From: Candidatus Gottesmanbacteria bacterium
GTDB taxonomy: Bacteria; Patescibacteriota; Microgenomatia; UBA10105; UBA927
NCBI GenBank assembly: GCA_963714095.1
Contig: OY970230.1
Location: 532,084-596,083, forward strand
Direction of reading: 5' to 3'
Length of the DNA stretch: 64,000 bases
Shown: piece by piece, positions 61,185 to 64,000 of the stretch
How positions within the stretch are numbered: position 1 is the first letter of the stretch
How the letters are laid out: every line of letters begins with the position of its first letter
The notes under the pieces: model-generated
Databases searched by the model: none
Told to the model about the DNA's origin: nothing
The model's input: only the letters and a program-made list of their open reading frames with translations
Translations under genes and position numbers: made by a program

Positions 61185-61259
61185 TGGCGCTCCCGCGCAG
61201 AATCGAACTGCGATCAGAGGTTCCGCAAACCCCTATTCTATCCGTTAAACTACAGGAGC
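61185..61259 (-). tRNA. tRNA-Arg(GCG)
   Basis: GCTCCTG/CGGGAGC acceptor, GGGGT-TTGCGGA-ACCTC, encoded CCA. Confidence 0.93.
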
Positions 61260-61289
61260 CATAGCGGAGCTTATTATACCGCAAAAAGG

Positions 61290-61808
61290 TTATGAAGGCT
61301 TCTCGAGGGGAATTTTCTTTGACAACCATGAGGATGCGTTATCCATCCAACTTTTCTCCGGTTTTTCCCGGAAAGGAATATACTGGGCGATAAGTTTACG
61401 GACCAACGATTTATCCTGAACTCCTAAAAGGATAATAATACGCATGCCCATGATGGGCCGCAAGACCAATAAATCCTGCCCCCACTGCTCTTCAAACCAA
61501 AACTCAGAGAGCTCTTCCCACCGGTAATAATGCCCGGCACTTTCAACCCCCAAGTTGGTAATCCTGTGTGTTACGTCCTCCGGAGGTACAGTGGAAAGAA
61601 CAACAATAAGAAATACGATAGACACGGCAGCTGCAATGAGTAAATATTCCTGTGCGAATACTAAAATTATAACAAGAGGCAACATGATCACCCCGACATT
61701 GGTATAAAACTCTTTATCCCTCTTTTTAAACAAACGGGATGGGGAAGACCATGCGAGCAGTACCTCTTGTTGAACTTTTACCTGTGTATCGCCGGCATTA
61801 TCAACCAT
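61290..61808 (-). CDS. Two-TM plus PH-like domain protein (DUF5673-like)
   Basis: LLAW.SPSR.FK.R, two TMs, ITNLGV, YRWEEL..FW. Confidence 0.75.
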   Translation of the reverse strand: MVDNAGDTQVKVQQEVLLAWSSPSRLFKKRDKEFYTNVGVIMLPLVIILVFAQEYLLIAAAVSIVFLIVVLSTVPPEDVTHRITNLGVESAGHYYRWEELSEFWFEEQWGQDLLVLRPIMGMRIIILLGVQDKSLVRKLIAQYIPFREKPEKSWMDNASSWLSKKIPLEKPS

Positions 61809-61845
61809 GAGATTAGTATATATCAAAAGAAAAGAAATCCAAAGG

Positions 61846-61918
61846 GCGGAGAACGGTTTACAGTGTTATAACCTATTATAAAACTACAATCCTACCTACG
61901 GAACAATTGAATTATAAC
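61846..61918 (+). repeat. ~73 bp direct repeat, copy 1
   Basis: GCGGAGAAC...TATAACCTA...ACTACAATCCTACCTACGGAACAATTGAATTATAAC; matches 63291-63363. Confidence 0.8.
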
Positions 61919-61943
61919 CCAAATTTAATTTATTAAATCTGAG

Positions 61944-62324
61944 TCAAGCATTCTTCGGGGAACCCCCAAAAGCTACCTCATTTCCATCCGGGTCGTTGTA
62001 TATAATTTTGCGGACGCCGTTTGAAAGAGTTTCGTTTTTCGTTGGTTGTAATCCACGTTCGGCTACTTGATTCATGAAAATATCAAGGTCACTAAGGAAA
62101 ACAAGATTAGAAGTATGACCTGCATGTTTAGGACGTACTGTAATATACACGTACCTATGTTCCGCAAGTTCCCATACTGCTTCTACATCATTAGGAAAGA
62201 ATGATGGTGAACGACCGAACAAACGCGTATACCAAACAAGAGATGTTGTGTAATCTTTGACGGGAAATCCAGCAAACAGATCGGTAGTTAGTTCATCTGA
62301 AAATACTCTTTTTGCCTTTACCAT
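61944..62324 (-). CDS. VOC/glyoxalase family protein
   Basis: PVKD....WY..LFG, DPDGNE. Confidence 0.85.
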   Translation of the reverse strand: MVKAKRVFSDELTTDLFAGFPVKDYTTSLVWYTRLFGRSPSFFPNDVEAVWELAEHRYVYITVRPKHAGHTSNLVFLSDLDIFMNQVAERGLQPTKNETLSNGVRKIIYNDPDGNEVAFGGSPKNA

Positions 62325-62387
62325 TTCAAATCCATTATACGCCTAATTTTATGTATATAGGCACCTACAGTTCGAGGCTAATTTTTA

Positions 62388-62417
62388 ATGCTCCGGGCGG
62401 TAGAGGATGTTCGAATC
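62388..62417 (+). repeat. Intergenic repeat copy E
   Basis: ATGCTCCGGGCGGTAGAGGATGTTCGAATC, 10 nt from the stop of minus-strand gene 62428. Confidence 0.85.
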
Positions 62418-62427
62418 TTTTTTTTAC

Positions 62428-62598
62428 TTATTTAAACTTCACGACATCTCTCAAGAAGTAAAGAAAAACCAGAACTGATGCTAAGAGAGTTAACCAATCA
62501 CGAATTGTATGTGATTCAAAAATATCATGGAAAGTCATCCAGTCGACAAACAAAAGCAAGAATACGATGATCCACATGAGGGTCGTTTTGATTTTCAT
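62428..62598 (-). CDS. Small two-TM protein
   Basis: MKIKTTLMWII..DWMTFHDIFE.HT.RDWL. Confidence 0.7.
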   Translation of the reverse strand: MKIKTTLMWIIVFLLLFVDWMTFHDIFESHTIRDWLTLLASVLVFLYFLRDVVKFK

Positions 62599-62606
62599 AA
62601 TCGGTC

Positions 62607-62789
62607 TCATTTCCATCGATAGAGATGCACGGCGATATACATCGCTAGCATCCCAAGGGCGAAGCCCGCACATACTGTGACAACGTCATGGAAAGGTTTC
62701 CAGATGACACCAAACCATGAGAGCATAAGAATAATCGCCCACACAACAGCAACTCCGATTACATACACATAGAGCGGTCGCTTGTTCAT
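62607..62789 (-). CDS. Small two-TM protein
   Basis: Hydrophobic 60-aa ORF; GF.LGMLAMYIA.H. Confidence 0.7.
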   Translation of the reverse strand: MNKRPLYVYVIGVAVVWAIILMLSWFGVIWKPFHDVVTVCAGFALGMLAMYIAVHLYRWK

Positions 62790-62882
62790 ATGTACATTCT
62801 AGCACTGAGGTGTGACAATCAAAAGTTCTGGTGTCCAGTTGGGGTATCAAAAATCCGATTGAAAAATAAGGTTGAAAAAACA

Positions 62883-62910
62883 GCTCCGAGCGGTTGAGGG
62901 AGTTCAGGCT
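62883..62910 (+). repeat. Intergenic repeat copy F (degenerate)
   Basis: GCTCCGAGCGGTTGAGGGAGTTCAGGCT. Confidence 0.7.
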
Positions 62911-62941
62911 TTTTAAAGGATTAAGAGAGTATAATAAATAC

Positions 62942-63145
62942 ATGAGCAAGTCTACAAAGATTATCGTCGGTATTATGGCTGTTATTCTGATTATCGTAGT
63001 TGGCTTTGTATTGCTTAAAAAGCGAGGCGGGACACAGGGATCGTTATTCTCTCCTAACAACCCTTCCCAAAACGCCTCTGGTCTTGAGCATATTATTCGT
63101 CCACTCATGAATGGTGGTGCTCCCGGGGACGGGGGTGGCGGATAA
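62942..63145 (+). CDS. Small single-TM protein
   Basis: TATAAT 6 nt upstream; MSKSTKIIVG TM. Confidence 0.6.
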   Translation: MSKSTKIIVGIMAVILIIVVGFVLLKKRGGTQGSLFSPNNPSQNASGLEHIIRPLMNGGAPGDGGGG

Positions 63146-63202
63146 AAGGAGTGCTGGTGTTGTGTTAGTACCTTATATTGTCAGGACGCTCCAAACTCTA
63201 TT

Positions 63203-63272
63203 TTGCTCCGAGCAGTAGAGGATGTTCGGACTTATTTAAGGTTCAAATCCCGCTTCCTCTTAGCTTCAGGCT
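63203..63272 (+). repeat. Intergenic repeat copy G plus tRNA-Ser-like extension
   Basis: TTGCTCCGAGCAGTAGAGGATGTTCGGACTTATTTAAGGTTCAAATCCCGCTTCCT; long match to 59040-59102. Confidence 0.88.
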
Positions 63273-63290
63273 AAACTTACTTTTGAGGCT

Positions 63291-63363
63291 GCGGAGAACC
63301 ATTATCAATAATATAACCTACTTCAAGACTACAATCCTGCCTATGGAACAATTAAATTACAAC
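63291..63363 (+). repeat. ~73 bp direct repeat, copy 2
   Basis: Matches 61846-61918. Confidence 0.8.
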
Positions 63364-63404
63364 AGTCATTTTTTATTCAATTAACCAGCAAAGGTGCTTT
63401 TTAA

Positions 63405-63812
63405 TTATTTTATTTTCTTAGCAACCATACTGTATCCGCCACCAGGCCATTGCCATGCACCTTTAAAAGAGCTGCCTTCCTTATTAAATGTCCCTCTATA
63501 AAAGTTGTTTGAACCTTTTTCACCAAACCAAATGGTAAGCGTGTTATCAATCAGTTCGTAGACATAATCAAGAGTTAAACCTTCTGTAAAATGGTAAAAT
63601 CGGGACCATATATCTTGACTTGGTTTTTCTCCAACTTTTTGCAGGTGTCCAATCATCTCAATACCTCGTATTTGTTTTCCCTCATATTCAAGATCCACAT
63701 CTTGGATAAGGAAAGGGCCGCCCTCAGCCCATTTGTATTCTATCTGTCCTTTTGCATCACCGGATATTTCCCATGTTCCGACTAATTTCTCCAAATCCTT
63801 CAGGTTAGTCAT
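63405..63812 (-). CDS. DUF1579-like beta-barrel hypothetical protein
   Basis: L..LVGTW, Y.W.EGG.FL.Q, G.WQWPGGGY; SD GAGGAG. Confidence 0.75.
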   Translation of the reverse strand: MTNLKDLEKLVGTWEISGDAKGQIEYKWAEGGPFLIQDVDLEYEGKQIRGIEMIGHLQKVGEKPSQDIWSRFYHFTEGLTLDYVYELIDNTLTIWFGEKGSNNFYRGTFNKEGSSFKGAWQWPGGGYSMVAKKIK

Positions 63813-63876
63813 ATATTTCATCTCCTCTGTCTGTTTACCAGAACCATACATGTAATTTATCCTGGAACTGTCATGA

Positions 63877-64000
63877 GGTTCAAATCCCGCTTTCTCTCAA
63901 GCTAAAGTCACTTTTCAGTTAGAACGTGCTTTTGTGATGCTCTAGATTGTCAGAATAACCCGTTTTTTATTTTGTATGTGATGGCGGAGAGGGTGGGATT
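63877..64000. repeat. Element with inverted tRNA-Ser 3' fragments; right end (63982-64000) may be the 3' end of a real minus-strand tRNA-Ser beyond the window
   Basis: GGTTCAAATCCCGC ... TGGCGGAGAGGGTGGGATT at window edge. Confidence 0.6.

Noticed and set aside
61034-61329. ORF-track ORFs 61034, 61065, 61087 (and 59419-59715)
   Set aside because: Shadow ORFs over tRNA genes
24840-63235. ~30 bp repeat as a CRISPR array
   Set aside because: Copies are separated by hundreds to thousands of bp containing whole genes; no cas genes
63178-63384. 68-aa ORF
   Set aside because: Made of repeat elements, TTG start; treated as scars, not a gene
63982-64000. Complete tRNA-Ser at window end
   Set aside because: Only 19 nt visible; cannot tell a gene from an att remnant

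Overview
A 64 kb bacterial chromosome segment. It is most likely from a Candidate Phyla Radiation (Patescibacteria, Microgenomates-like) genome; this is inferred from the many small membrane/secreted proteins with Pro-Thr linkers, VirB2-like pilin, frequent leaderless starts and tRNA-Arg(GCG). Core genes are guaA (partial), gapN, two tandem class A PBPs, uppP, typA, queA, sodA, purB-purA-guaB-like, rpoD, dnaG and five complete tRNAs (Asn-GTT, Ser-GGA, Arg-CCG, Ser-CGA, Arg-GCG). Three accessory tracts (~24.8-35.6, ~53.6-59.6 and ~61.8-64 kb) lie 3' of minus-strand tRNA genes or tRNA ends. They are punctuated by a same-strand ~30 bp intergenic repeat (consensus GCTCCGRGCGGTAGAGGATGTTCGGACTTAT, reading LRAVEDVRTY), by related peptide-like scars and by tRNA-Ser 3'-end fragments. 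Many of these sit just beyond the stop codon of a minus-strand cargo gene, suggesting an integron-like or iterative tRNA-anchored gene-capture system whose recombinase is not in this window. Other highlights: a purB-purA-guaB-like operon with altered nucleotide-binding residues, a pilin/VirB6-like/Clp-ATPase operon, candidate Crp and RHH operators, and a CDS whose stop codon lies inside a tRNA. No rRNA, CRISPR array, transposase or integrase was seen. All calls come from reading the sequence; no database searches were run.
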